DNA of 64,000 nt from positions 33,808-97,807 of the forward strand of contig JANRIW010000020.1 in the NCBI GenBank assembly GCA_033764505.1. Direction: 5' to 3'. Shown here piece after piece: positions 33,395 through 42,869 of this stretch (positions are counted from its first letter, which is position 1; each line of letters starts with the position of its first letter). Position numbers and translations under genes: made by a program. This DNA is from Gemmatimonadales bacterium (GTDB taxonomy: Bacteria; Gemmatimonadota; Gemmatimonadetes; Gemmatimonadales; GWC2-71-9). The notes under the pieces are model-generated. The model did no database searches. It had not been told where the DNA came from and saw nothing but the letters and a program-made list of their open reading frames with translations.

Positions 33395-35233
33395 ATGCAC
33401 CTGAGGTTTCCTGAACTGATGGGTGGCCCTGTTCAAGGGTTGAATGATGCGGGGGTGGAAAATTTTCAAGGGGCGATTGATGAGTACCTCTCCCGGGAGT
33501 GTGGTCAGAACACGTGCGATGCCATCAGGAAAGATGTCAACACAGCGCGGCTCGAGTTTGACCGGATGACCGTGCCAACTGAGCAGATACCAGGGTTTGC
33601 GTCCTTGCGCGTGGCGTTGGCTGCGAGCCTAGTAAAGTGGGGCGAAAAGGATAAGGAGCGCGAGTTCTTTGAAACCGCAGTACATCTCGCTTCAAGAGAT
33701 GAAGTCGACGTTTTGAAGATCAGTGACTACGGTACAACTGGACTTACGGGAGAGGATGAGGAGGAGACTGGCCGCTGGTTCGCGCTCGTCAAGTCGCAGG
33801 GTGTTTCGAACAAGGGGAGCAGCGCTGGGGGTTCGTTTGGGATCGGCAAGAGTTCGCCCTTCGCCGCCTCAAGGTTTCGGACGGTCTTCTATGGGACACG
33901 CACTACGACTGGATCTGTAGCCCTTCAGGGAGTCAGTAGGCTAGTCACGCATAGCAACGCCGATGGACAGAAGACCCAAGGTGTCGGATTCATTGGTCAC
34001 TACGAATCACAAGGCAGTGACAGCGGAGGGCCAGTCTTTCGCGCAGTTCGGGATCCGCAAGAGATTCCTCCCTTGTTCAGACGGGAATTGCCTGGTACCG
34101 ATATCTGGGTTGTTGGGTACCGGAGTGGGGTAACGTGGGACCACGACTTAGTTCGATCGCTGCTCACCAATTTCTGGCCAGCGATTCATCGCGGCTCCGT
34201 CCAATTTCGTGTTGGTGCGCTGGAGATTTCGAAGGAGAATCTCGACGAGATGATTCTCCGCTACTCTGTCGGAGAGGATTTCGTTGCACATTTGTACTTC
34301 AAGGCTATCGCAAGTCAACCAATTCGAAAGAAGCTAAGGTCCGTCGGGGATTGCGAGCTGTATCTTACTAGCGCGAGTGCGGATCTGCCCAAGAAGATTT
34401 GCATGGCTCGCAACTCTGGGATGCGGATTTATGACTACCAGCCGAGAGCATGCCGGGTGCCCTTCAGCGGATTGTTCCTCTGCAGTGACGAGGAGGGGAA
34501 CAAGTTGTTGCGCCAGCTGGAGCCGCCCAAGCACGATGGGTGGGACTACAAGCGCATGGAGGACGCCTCCGGAAAGCGGGCCCTAGACGAAATCAAGGGG
34601 TGGATCCGGGATGAAGTGAAGAAATTGAACCCGCTCTTCGGTGGTAAGAGCTTTAATGAGACCGAACTGGCGAAATACTTACCAGACATACAGCCCGATG
34701 ACCACTCAGACCTCCTAAGTGACTCAACCGGAGCTTCGATTGACGAAAGTCTCGAGCCGAGGCCGACTCTCGACAGTGTTTTGGCGGTCGCGGTCAGGGC
34801 AAAGTCGATTTTCAAGGACTCTGGGGGAACTGCTGATGGCGGATATGGGAAGCAGGAGAGCACGGGAGGCGGAGACCACAACAGTGGAAATAGCGGCAAG
34901 AAGCCTAGGAGTGGAGGCGGAGGTGCGGACGATTCATCTCCACCCTCAGTCAAGGTGCGTAGCTATCGCTCTGCCGCCGATCGGTACGAAATGGTGATTC
35001 GCAGCGCCGTGGCCTATTCCGGCAGGTTGATTGTTCACGCGGTGGGCGAAGACGGCGCACTTGAAGGAGTTGAGCTTAAGTCGGCGTCGAGGGGCACGTC
35101 TGATGGCGAGGGTCTCACAGTTGGTGGAGGTACCATCAACGGCATCCGACTCGAGGCTAACATACCACTCCGCCTCTCGGTCGTTATCGGGGCGCTTGAG
35201 CGGCGATCACTAACCGCGGTGGTGCTTTCATGA
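33395..35233 (+). CDS. GHKL-superfamily (MORC/sacsin/Hsp90-like) ATPase, first gene of a three-gene operon
   Basis: ATG after GAGGG. N-box RECGQNTCDA, G1 ISDYGTTGLTG, G2 AGGSFGIGKSSPF, then a Gly/Ser-rich linker and a beta-rich tail of about 90 aa. 612 aa. Confidence 0.8.
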   Translation: MHLRFPELMGGPVQGLNDAGVENFQGAIDEYLSRECGQNTCDAIRKDVNTARLEFDRMTVPTEQIPGFASLRVALAASLVKWGEKDKEREFFETAVHLASRDEVDVLKISDYGTTGLTGEDEEETGRWFALVKSQGVSNKGSSAGGSFGIGKSSPFAASRFRTVFYGTRTTTGSVALQGVSRLVTHSNADGQKTQGVGFIGHYESQGSDSGGPVFRAVRDPQEIPPLFRRELPGTDIWVVGYRSGVTWDHDLVRSLLTNFWPAIHRGSVQFRVGALEISKENLDEMILRYSVGEDFVAHLYFKAIASQPIRKKLRSVGDCELYLTSASADLPKKICMARNSGMRIYDYQPRACRVPFSGLFLCSDEEGNKLLRQLEPPKHDGWDYKRMEDASGKRALDEIKGWIRDEVKKLNPLFGGKSFNETELAKYLPDIQPDDHSDLLSDSTGASIDESLEPRPTLDSVLAVAVRAKSIFKDSGGTADGGYGKQESTGGGDHNSGNSGKKPRSGGGGADDSSPPSVKVRSYRSAADRYEMVIRSAVAYSGRLIVHAVGEDGALEGVELKSASRGTSDGEGLTVGGGTINGIRLEANIPLRLSVVIGALERRSLTAVVLS

Positions 35234-36096
35234 TCATTCGCGATCGGTCCTTTCCGCATCCCGTGCTTGCACCATTTCTGGACGACGTGTCACCGAATGA
35301 GTTCGAATGCAGAGTCTTGGTTAGCGCGGACGCTGACCAATACTACCTTAGCGTCGCATTCAGCTATACAAATGAGAGTCTACAGACACTGGTAACGGCG
35401 GGGCTCGCTGTTCACTCGATTCATGTCGAGTGTAAGCGTAATTATTTTCGGCACTTGTACACGCTAAGCGACCGCGCCGGGGTATTGAGCATCAGGACCA
35501 GCGAAATCATTGGTCGCGTGGAGATTTCCGGTTTCATCAGTGCAGCAGTGCCTATACCTGACTACTCGATTGCCGGCGCCCATTCAGACTATGGCGATAC
35601 CGCATTCAACATCGAAATTGGGGACATTCTGGCTGCTGCCTCGACTGTGACGTTCGATGCATATACGGACTACGACCCCCTCTCGACAATCGCCTCGATT
35701 CTCATGGTACGCTGTTCGGAAGCGGAGGTGGATGGCCCCTTGAAACTCGATACCAGCGGGGATCTGCTAAACGTGACCCTGTCACAGTCTGACTACGCGC
35801 GCTACGTGGAGTTGAAAGGAGATCCGAGCCTTGGGGCATTGCTCGCTAACCAGATTGTAGTACCGGTCTTGGTGGAGGCGGTACACGAGATCAAGGCAAC
35901 GCCAGCGGAAGAGATCGAACTCGAAATGCAAAAGCGCTGGTACCGTTCGATCGTGCGGAAGTTTGAGGTGTTGGATCTTGATGTGATGGGGGGCGATACA
36001 CCTGCAGTTGAGCTGACACAGATTCTGCTTCAGCTACCCCTACGCCGCTCGCTTGAGGGATTGATCCAGATCACCGAGATGGATGGTGATGTATGA
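35230..36096 (+). CDS. hypothetical protein (operon gene 2), possible PD-(D/E)xK core
   Basis: ATGA overlap with gene 1. 288 aa. VLVSADADQYYLSVAF ... HSIHVECKRNYF could be a D...ExK motif. No other motif recognised. Confidence 0.7.
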   Translation: MIIRDRSFPHPVLAPFLDDVSPNEFECRVLVSADADQYYLSVAFSYTNESLQTLVTAGLAVHSIHVECKRNYFRHLYTLSDRAGVLSIRTSEIIGRVEISGFISAAVPIPDYSIAGAHSDYGDTAFNIEIGDILAAASTVTFDAYTDYDPLSTIASILMVRCSEAEVDGPLKLDTSGDLLNVTLSQSDYARYVELKGDPSLGALLANQIVVPVLVEAVHEIKATPAEEIELEMQKRWYRSIVRKFEVLDLDVMGGDTPAVELTQILLQLPLRRSLEGLIQITEMDGDV

Positions 36097-36827
36097 GGCT
36101 TCCCTTTTTCCGTGCAGAGTTCCTCACTCGTCTCAAAGCGAATGCGGACGAGAACGCTTCGAAGTATGGACTGGACACGGGATGGATCGAGGCTCTTGCG
36201 AAGACTCAGTCCTATTTTCGCGAAAGCAATCAAATCGTTGATCCACCACCCGAGTTGATTTTTGCTGGGGAAGACAATCCTCAACATGACGCTGAGAATG
36301 CGAAGAGAATCTATTTGTGGCTTGCGGATCTGACCCCGGCCGTTGCGATGGAAGAGCGCCTTTGGGCATTTCTCACGCATTGCACCTTCCCGGCCTACAT
36401 GCGGGCTCGTTGGCCTGTATCCGGACCAGGGACTTTGCTAAGGCGATATTTTCTTGAAGGACAGTCGTTCGCCGCCCTTTCACGGAACGGCATCGGACGG
36501 TTGTGGTGGGCGGGCTACTTGACGAGGGACGAACGGCGCATCAACCCATTCGAGCTGACAGAGACGCTATTCCTGAGACAAGATGTGCAAGTTGCTCTGC
36601 TTGAGCGGTCATTGGGAAAGTGCGCGACAGCAAGGACAGCAGTTCTCGACTATGTCAGAACGAATCAAGAGTGGCTAGGGGAGTATTCCTTCGGGCGTCG
36701 AGTGCAGGTCTTGGTCAAGGAGCTGAATCTCTTGGGAGGAGTAGCCGTCCTCGATGCTTTGCCTCCGGCTTCGATCACTGCATACCTTCATAAGGTGAGC
36801 AAAGAGCTTCGCGAGAACAATGACTAA
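36093..36827 (+). CDS. hypothetical protein (operon gene 3)
   Basis: ATGA overlap with gene 2. 244 aa, helical-looking (ERLWAFLTHCTFPAYMRARW, GRLWWAGYLT). No domain recognised. Confidence 0.7.
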   Translation: MRLPFFRAEFLTRLKANADENASKYGLDTGWIEALAKTQSYFRESNQIVDPPPELIFAGEDNPQHDAENAKRIYLWLADLTPAVAMEERLWAFLTHCTFPAYMRARWPVSGPGTLLRRYFLEGQSFAALSRNGIGRLWWAGYLTRDERRINPFELTETLFLRQDVQVALLERSLGKCATARTAVLDYVRTNQEWLGEYSFGRRVQVLVKELNLLGGVAVLDALPPASITAYLHKVSKELRENND

Positions 36828-36838
36828 CTTCTGCCTTC

Positions 36839-38080
36839 TTAACCATGGATTGCGCATGCCCCACGCACATCAGCGACGAAGTCCTCAAACGAAAGCAGGT
36901 GCGCTTGGATCTCGTCGGGGTAGCTCCTGATGAGGGACGCTGGTACGACGAGCTGCACTCCGTGCTGTTGCATCTCACGGTGCTGGGAAACCGAAACGCC
37001 CTCCTGCAGCGTCAGCAGGTGCTTCACCGTGATCCGATCAGCTTCGTTGATGACCTGGCGCCACCGATCCTTGCAGGTTGTCTTCGCGGCAAGCATACGG
37101 AGCCTCGTCGCCGGCCACGCCTGATTGTGGTACGCTTCGATTGACGGGAAGATGAAGTCCGGAGTCTTCTTGTCTTCGGTTTGCGGTGTCCAGCTGAAGG
37201 CGACAGTTTCCTCCTGAAAAATCTGGCGGGCCTGCAGTTCGAGTGACCGACCACTCCGGGATTTTCTCCGATTGGTCAACGAGCCGGCGAACGCCACGAA
37301 TGCGTCAACCGATGCGAATCCCGCGGCAATCCGGGGCATTGCATGGAAGCGCTCGATCGATCGGAACACGTCGTACTCGCAATCACGACGTGCCATCAGC
37401 CGATCATCGACCGGCTTCCGGTGGTGTGTACGGTTTGCCACCACCCACTGCACGATCTCGTCGCCCGAGGGGAACGCTTCGCGCCAGGTCGCAGGAATGT
37501 TGGCGTCCTCGAGTGCGCACGGTCCGTCCTGCTCTTCGCCGATTCCGAGGCCCGACGGGCTGACAAGCAGGGGCCTGCCGGGCTCGACGCCCTCAACCCG
37601 CTCGAGGAGGTAGTCTTCCTCTGCAGCACTCCGGCAGCGCCAGACCCGGAGCGCATCCGCATCCTTGCCTGTTTGTACCCGAAACGCCATCACCACCAGT
37701 GAGCCGGTTGCGTCGGGTTCCACCATCGCGGCATCCCGACCACCCCATTTGGTGAGGCGCGCTTCATCGCGCCCGTTGCGCTGCCGCTTCACGCGCTTCG
37801 AGTTGTACCAGATGAGGCGGAGGTCCATCGATTCCACGTGTGAGTCGACCACCGCCGGCAAGACGAGATCGGGGTTTTCCTGGGTATCAGCGCGCGCTGA
37901 GAGTCCAGGAAAGGCGGCCGCGAGCAGCGCTTTCCCCACATGCGGACCACCTTGGTGGACATTGGGCTTGGCGTAGGTGTCGTTCGCGGAGAGGTACTTC
38001 ACATGCCAGAGCCACTCAGGACCTGAAACGTCGATCAGCCAGTTCTCAAACTCGCGTACCGGAAGCGGTAGGTCACTCAC
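36839..38080 (-). CDS. type IIE restriction endonuclease, EcoRII family
   Basis: Close by-eye match to E. coli EcoRII: YLSANDT (N-terminal effector domain), NRRKSRSGRSLELQ, TPDFIFPS, RMLAAKTTCKDRWRQVINEADRI, LFTLQEGVS-like LLTLQEGVSVSQ. GTG start overlaps the vsr stop (GTGA) and is preceded by GGAG. Confidence 0.9.
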   Translation of the reverse strand: MSDLPLPVREFENWLIDVSGPEWLWHVKYLSANDTYAKPNVHQGGPHVGKALLAAAFPGLSARADTQENPDLVLPAVVDSHVESMDLRLIWYNSKRVKRQRNGRDEARLTKWGGRDAAMVEPDATGSLVVMAFRVQTGKDADALRVWRCRSAAEEDYLLERVEGVEPGRPLLVSPSGLGIGEEQDGPCALEDANIPATWREAFPSGDEIVQWVVANRTHHRKPVDDRLMARRDCEYDVFRSIERFHAMPRIAAGFASVDAFVAFAGSLTNRRKSRSGRSLELQARQIFQEETVAFSWTPQTEDKKTPDFIFPSIEAYHNQAWPATRLRMLAAKTTCKDRWRQVINEADRITVKHLLTLQEGVSVSQHREMQQHGVQLVVPASLIRSYPDEIQAHLLSFEDFVADVRGACAIHG

Positions 38081-38481
38081 CGTTGGATTCTCCTGACAAG
38101 CGCATCGAGTGAACGTTCCCCGGTTCGGCATTCCCAGACCACGATCACCCGCCACCCGAGCCGCCGAAGCGCGGCGATGTTACTCGCGTCTCGCGCAACG
38201 TTTGCGCGGAACTTCGACACCCAGAACTCGCGGTTGGTCTTCGGCGTCGCAGCATATCGGCATCCGTGGTGTCGGTGCCAGAAGCAGCCATGCACCAGAA
38301 TCACCACACCCCAGCGCGGCAGGACGATGTCCGGACGCCCGGGAAGATCAACGGGGTGCAGCCGGAACCGGAATCCGGCACGATGCAGATGGGAGCGGAC
38401 GATTCGTTCAGGGTTTGTGTTCTTGCCGCGGATTCCGGCCATCATCCGGCTTCGCGTCGCGCGGTCGACGATGTCCGTCAC
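38077..38481 (-). CDS. vsr: very-short-patch repair endonuclease
   Basis: 134 aa with RSRMMAGIRGKNTNPE, LPGRPDIVLP and LVHGCFWHRH motifs. Confidence 0.9.
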   Translation of the reverse strand: MTDIVDRATRSRMMAGIRGKNTNPERIVRSHLHRAGFRFRLHPVDLPGRPDIVLPRWGVVILVHGCFWHRHHGCRYAATPKTNREFWVSKFRANVARDASNIAALRRLGWRVIVVWECRTGERSLDALVRRIQR

Positions 38482-38484
38482 CGT

Positions 38485-39756
38485 CTACGCTGCCTCTGAG
38501 GGGAGCTCCTGCTGAAAGCCGGCGCCACGACGTTCGCCTCTCACGTACGGTACCAGCGCCTTGGCCACTGCCGCGACCACAGGTACGGCAACCGAATTGC
38601 CGAACTGCTTGTATGCCTGTGTGTCCGAGACGTGAATCCGGAATGGCTCACGTCCCGGTCGATCGAAGCCCATCAACCGGGCGCACTCACGCGGCGTCAA
38701 CCGCCTCGGCCTGTCTCCGTCCCGGCGGATCAGGATCTCCGAACCGTCCTTGAAGTAGCGTGCCGAGAGTGTGCGTGCGACGTCATCGGGACCGACCAGC
38801 CCGAAGCCGAATCCGTTCCCAGCCGCCTTGTGCTTCTTGGCATACCCTTGGAGGTACTCCCAGAGGCCGGGAGTCAGGGTATAGCGTGGAAGCACTGCGC
38901 CAGCCGGATCAAGGAAGCGATCATCGACCGTCTCCGATCCGTCCTCGGGGTGGAGGATGTCCTTGAGCTTCGGCCCCTTCTCTACGGGAGGGAGATCGAC
39001 CTCATCCCAATCGAAGCGCGCACCTAGATCGGGGTGCAATCCGACGATGAAGATCCGCTCGCGATGCTGCGGCACGAAGCGCTTGGCATCGATGATCTTC
39101 CATGCGATCTCGTAGCCGAGCTTCTCGGCCAGGGTTCGGCGGATGACCTCGAATGTCCTGCCCTTGTCGTGCGACGCCAGATTCTTGACGTTCTCGAGCA
39201 CGAAGGCCTTCGGCTGCTTCGCCGCGATGATCCGTTCGATGTCAAAGAAGAGGGTGCCCTGGGTCTCGCAGTCGAAGCCGTGCTTCCTGCCGAGCGCGTT
39301 CTTCTTGGAGACTCCGGCGATGGAGAACGGCTGGCAGGGAAATCCGGCCAACAGGATGTCGTGATCGGGGATGTCCGCTTCCGGGATCACGGTGATATCC
39401 CCGTGCACTTCATGGTCCCCAAAGTTCGCTCGGTACGTCTTCTGGGCGTACTTGTCCCACTCTGACGTGAAGACACACCTCCCCCCAGCCTCCTGGAACG
39501 CGAGGCGGAAACCCCCGATCCCGGCGAAAAGGTCGATGAAGGAGAACTGACCCTTCGCCGGCGCTTCCGGAATGAGGCCGAGTAGATACTGAAACACGGC
39601 CTCGCGAATCTGCCCTTCGCCGGCTTCCCAGCGAGCAATGGTCCTAGGCTTCCACCCGCACGCCTCTGCCAGCTGCTCTTGGGTCATTCCCAGTGAATCA
39701 CGGAGCCGGCGGAGGTCGCTGCCGGAGCGATTGTCGGGTTTTGTTTGGGGGGACAT
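38485..39756 (-). CDS. dcm: DNA (cytosine-5) methyltransferase, Dcm/M.EcoRII family, with N-terminal XRE-type HTH
   Basis: [10 protein letters not shown] (motif I), GFPCQPFS (IV), ENVKNL (VI), [10 protein letters not shown] (VIII), [10 protein letters not shown] (X), with long colinear similarity to E. coli Dcm. [30 protein letters not shown] at 39792 is an alternative start. Confidence 0.9.
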   Translation of the reverse strand: MSPQTKPDNRSGSDLRRLRDSLGMTQEQLAEACGWKPRTIARWEAGEGQIREAVFQYLLGLIPEAPAKGQFSFIDLFAGIGGFRLAFQEAGGRCVFTSEWDKYAQKTYRANFGDHEVHGDITVIPEADIPDHDILLAGFPCQPFSIAGVSKKNALGRKHGFDCETQGTLFFDIERIIAAKQPKAFVLENVKNLASHDKGRTFEVIRRTLAEKLGYEIAWKIIDAKRFVPQHRERIFIVGLHPDLGARFDWDEVDLPPVEKGPKLKDILHPEDGSETVDDRFLDPAGAVLPRYTLTPGLWEYLQGYAKKHKAAGNGFGFGLVGPDDVARTLSARYFKDGSEILIRRDGDRPRRLTPRECARLMGFDRPGREPFRIHVSDTQAYKQFGNSVAVPVVAAVAKALVPYVRGERRGAGFQQELPSEAA

Positions 39757-39788
39757 AAGGATGACATTACGACATGTTGGCGGGACTT

Positions 39789-40862
39789 TCAAGCCCCCCT
39801 GTCTCGCCCTCTTCGGGCGATTGTCTCAGTGCGGGACCCGATGCCGATTGGCAAGGATCGGAGGGCGAGCGCATGGCGCCTGATGAACTCCGGTGGGAGT
39901 GCATTTCCGATCATGAGCGCGACCTTGTACCGCCCATGTTCGAGAGGGAATCGATAGTCTCTGGGGAACGATTGCAGAAGTGCAGCCTCCCTGAGACTGA
40001 TCGCCCGATCCTGGGTTGGGTGGAGGAATCTCCCCTTTGAGGGGTTGATGCAACCGCCTGTGATTGTGGGAGCGGGCTTATCCCAAGCCATCCGCCCGTA
40101 GACGTCCTTATAGCCATCACTCCGCTGGTGACATGGCAGCTGGGACTCGATTGGGAGTGCCGACCTACTCCCCCCGTTGGCGGGGATCATCGAGATTACA
40201 CGATTGATCCGATCAGAATGTTTGCTACCATGGTGATGGAGCGGGTCAGCGCTTCGCACTGGTGCAGGCAGACGCCCGATTGCTGCACGGACTGTCTTCC
40301 GCTTACGGGAGCGCGCGGCAAATTCAGGAGTACCACTCTTCGATGCCAGCAAGATGAGCCTTCGTCGATTCTGTGCGACACCGTAGTCTGCCACATTCAA
40401 CACATCATATCGCAGCCGGTACCCGCAGGCCCGCAAGCCGGCGCAGAATTTCCGAAAATTGTGCGTACGCGCCAGCGCCGGAACGTTCTCGATCATCACA
40501 CTGCGCGGCTGCATCGACCTGACGAGTCTGAGGACGTCAAGGATGAGGCCCTTATCCGCATCCCTCGGTCGCCGCCTTCCATTCCTAGTTCTCATGGTGG
40601 AGTAGCTTTGGCACGGGGGGCAGGCCGCCAACAAGTCCAGGTTCCCAGGTGAAATGCGTGAATCCCGAAGCAGCGCGGGACCGCTGACCTTCTTCACGTC
40701 GCATTCCCACAACTTGACCTTCGGGTTGTTCATCTTGTACGTAATGCAGGCGACCGGGTCGAGTTCGACAGCGCCGATTACTGCATAGCCAGCTGCGAGC
40801 AGGCCTGTGGTGAGGCCACCTGCTCCCGCGAAGAGGTCAACAGCAGTGTGCGTTCGGTTCAT
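39789..40862 (-). CDS. second DNA (cytosine-5) methyltransferase
   Basis: VDLFAGAGG (motif I), CPPCQSYS (IV), ENVPAL (VI), [10 protein letters not shown] (VIII), GNALPPEF (X). Confidence 0.9.
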   Translation of the reverse strand: MNRTHTAVDLFAGAGGLTTGLLAAGYAVIGAVELDPVACITYKMNNPKVKLWECDVKKVSGPALLRDSRISPGNLDLLAACPPCQSYSTMRTRNGRRRPRDADKGLILDVLRLVRSMQPRSVMIENVPALARTHNFRKFCAGLRACGYRLRYDVLNVADYGVAQNRRRLILLASKSGTPEFAARSRKRKTVRAAIGRLPAPVRSADPLHHHGSKHSDRINRVISMIPANGGSRSALPIESQLPCHQRSDGYKDVYGRMAWDKPAPTITGGCINPSKGRFLHPTQDRAISLREAALLQSFPRDYRFPLEHGRYKVALMIGNALPPEFIRRHALALRSLPIGIGSRTETIARRGRDRGA

Positions 40863-40915
40863 TGGGCTCGACGTGATATGGATTCCGGTGCGTGCTTCTC
40901 GCTTCTGGCCCTACG

Positions 40916-42862
40916 TCACACTGAGAATGCAAAGGCATACCCACCGTCAGGAAATCGGATCTGAGGCCACCAAGCTACGTGCTGAGTTCCTTGTTGCTTG
41001 ATACGGAGCAGGAACAACGTCACGCGAGTGGAAGGAACCCGATTGCTCTCTCCGCCCTCGAGAATTCCTCGAGTCTCGCGGCGGGCTTCCTTCAACCCTC
41101 GGTCGCGGTCGACATACACGAATCCGGTGTCGTGTTTCAGGTGCTTCGCCAATTGCGCAACGGATTCTGCCACAGCAACCGCGTCCCAAATTCGTTCGGA
41201 CTCCTTAGGGTCAGGATGCGTCAGACGGATCAGATCTTGGATCACTTTTATCGGCAGCTCCTGATACGTCTTGTCCTGAATCCCCGCCACAATCTTGTCG
41301 AGCTTTTCCGTCGAGGTCGCTATAGAGCTGTCACGGAGAACCTGGGCGGGGTTGTAACTTCCACCCCCCGAGTAGATACCTACTGCGCCTGGAGCTAGCA
41401 CGTTCTTCCGTGTAGGGCTGAGACTTCCTTCAACATACACCCCTCGGAATGCTTCATCTGGATGCCGAGAGATCAGGTCGCGAAGCCCATTCTCCATTTT
41501 GTTGATAGCCTTGAAGACGACATCCAGTTCAGCTGGGAGAAAGAGCCGGAGCAGTCCCATATCTTGGCGGCGGTATCCATACATGCGGGCATGTTGGAGA
41601 ACTGTGTCAGCCTGCGGTTGCTTCGGGTTTCGTCCGTAGTAGCTAACAAGCAGATTCTTGATCGTTACCCCGCGGCCCAACTTGTTACCACCGACAAAGA
41701 GGTTATAGGGCGCCTGAACGGCTACATCCTCATCGGTCTCTCCGTTAACCAGTTTCACCGCAATCCCGGGTGCGAAAAAGGCGATGTCCTTGATCAGATC
41801 ATCAAATGAGGACTGCTTGATGCCGTTGTGCGTCACGGCAAGGTCTTCGTAGGCTCCCCGCAACCTAGCAATCACACTTGCGTCACTCGCGGCCAATTTG
41901 TCAGCCAAGTCCGCCTTGTACTTTCGGAAAAGGTCGACAATGTACTTATGATCCGCGGTTTTCGTGCTTACGTGGCACAAGAAGGCACAGTTTTGGTCAA
42001 CACTGATTTTGCGCTTATAGGTGGCCGCAACCATGAATGTGTCTAAGGCCCGCAGCAGAGATTGCGGGATCGTAAGTGTCGGTGCAGGTTGAGCGCCAAC
42101 TGCTAAGGCAGCGATATCTTGGATGTTGAAGTGTGTTACGAGAGTTGATCTCTCTCCGAAAAAGTCGTCCCCGCCAACGTAGTCACTACCCGGATGGCTC
42201 AGGACAGTGAACTGGGGCCGAAAATCGTGCTTCGGAGTCTGTAGGAACAGCGCTTGCGGCGTGGCTGTGACTTGCAGGTAGGTCGACTTGTCGAAGAACT
42301 TACGGATCTCAGAAATAAGTTCATTGATCTTGCTGCGAGTTCCGTTCGCCTTCTTGGCGGCAGTATTGAGGCTCGCCTGATCCGCTTCGTCATCGATGAT
42401 CAAGCAGCTTAGGCCTTTGACATTTCCGACCTTGAAGTTGTCTATCAGCGTGCTCAGGATCTTGGCGTTCTTCGTCGTGACGATGACACAGGTTCCCCTC
42501 CGAATGCGGCTGAGAAAGTCCTTCCCGTCTTTGAAATCATGTTTGCCCAGAATGTCCATCCCTGGAAACGCTTCGCGGGCGCGTCCAAAGGTTTGAGCAT
42601 AGAGCGGATCATTGTCCGAAGTAAGAATGATGATCGTCCGATATCCCTCGTCGGCACCGATGGCGCCCGTAACGGTCAGCACTCCGGTCTTGCCGCTTTG
42701 CACGAGTCCGTAGATCAATCCGTTCGTCGATTCTTTGCCGCCGCTCGCCGGGTCTACCCACTTCGTTGCCACTTCTACCGCGGTCTTCTCAATGTCGGAC
42801 ACTTCGGCCTGATTGCCGATCTGCTTCGTGAGTAGCCGCAGTACTTGGGACCGGTGTTTCAT
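40916..42862 (-). CDS. Z1-domain P-loop NTPase
   Basis: 648 aa. Walker A GLVQSGKTG and Walker B LIIDDEADQASLN in the arrangement typical of Z1-domain proteins found next to 5mC methyltransferases. Confidence 0.75.
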   Translation of the reverse strand: MKHRSQVLRLLTKQIGNQAEVSDIEKTAVEVATKWVDPASGGKESTNGLIYGLVQSGKTGVLTVTGAIGADEGYRTIIILTSDNDPLYAQTFGRAREAFPGMDILGKHDFKDGKDFLSRIRRGTCVIVTTKNAKILSTLIDNFKVGNVKGLSCLIIDDEADQASLNTAAKKANGTRSKINELISEIRKFFDKSTYLQVTATPQALFLQTPKHDFRPQFTVLSHPGSDYVGGDDFFGERSTLVTHFNIQDIAALAVGAQPAPTLTIPQSLLRALDTFMVAATYKRKISVDQNCAFLCHVSTKTADHKYIVDLFRKYKADLADKLAASDASVIARLRGAYEDLAVTHNGIKQSSFDDLIKDIAFFAPGIAVKLVNGETDEDVAVQAPYNLFVGGNKLGRGVTIKNLLVSYYGRNPKQPQADTVLQHARMYGYRRQDMGLLRLFLPAELDVVFKAINKMENGLRDLISRHPDEAFRGVYVEGSLSPTRKNVLAPGAVGIYSGGGSYNPAQVLRDSSIATSTEKLDKIVAGIQDKTYQELPIKVIQDLIRLTHPDPKESERIWDAVAVAESVAQLAKHLKHDTGFVYVDRDRGLKEARRETRGILEGGESNRVPSTRVTLFLLRIKQQGTQHVAWWPQIRFPDGGYAFAFSV

Positions 42863-42869
42863 GCGCTCC

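Noticed and set aside
38109-38753. Plus-strand ORFs inside the vsr/dcm region (38109..38753, 38632..39027, 39034..39465)
   Set aside because: They are antisense to genes with unambiguous Vsr and Dcm motifs.
39757-39792. TTG-initiated 12-codon extension of dcm that overlaps the stop of the second methylase
   Set aside because: The ATG at 39756 is simpler. Without experimental data the extension cannot be excluded, so it is noted as an alternative only.
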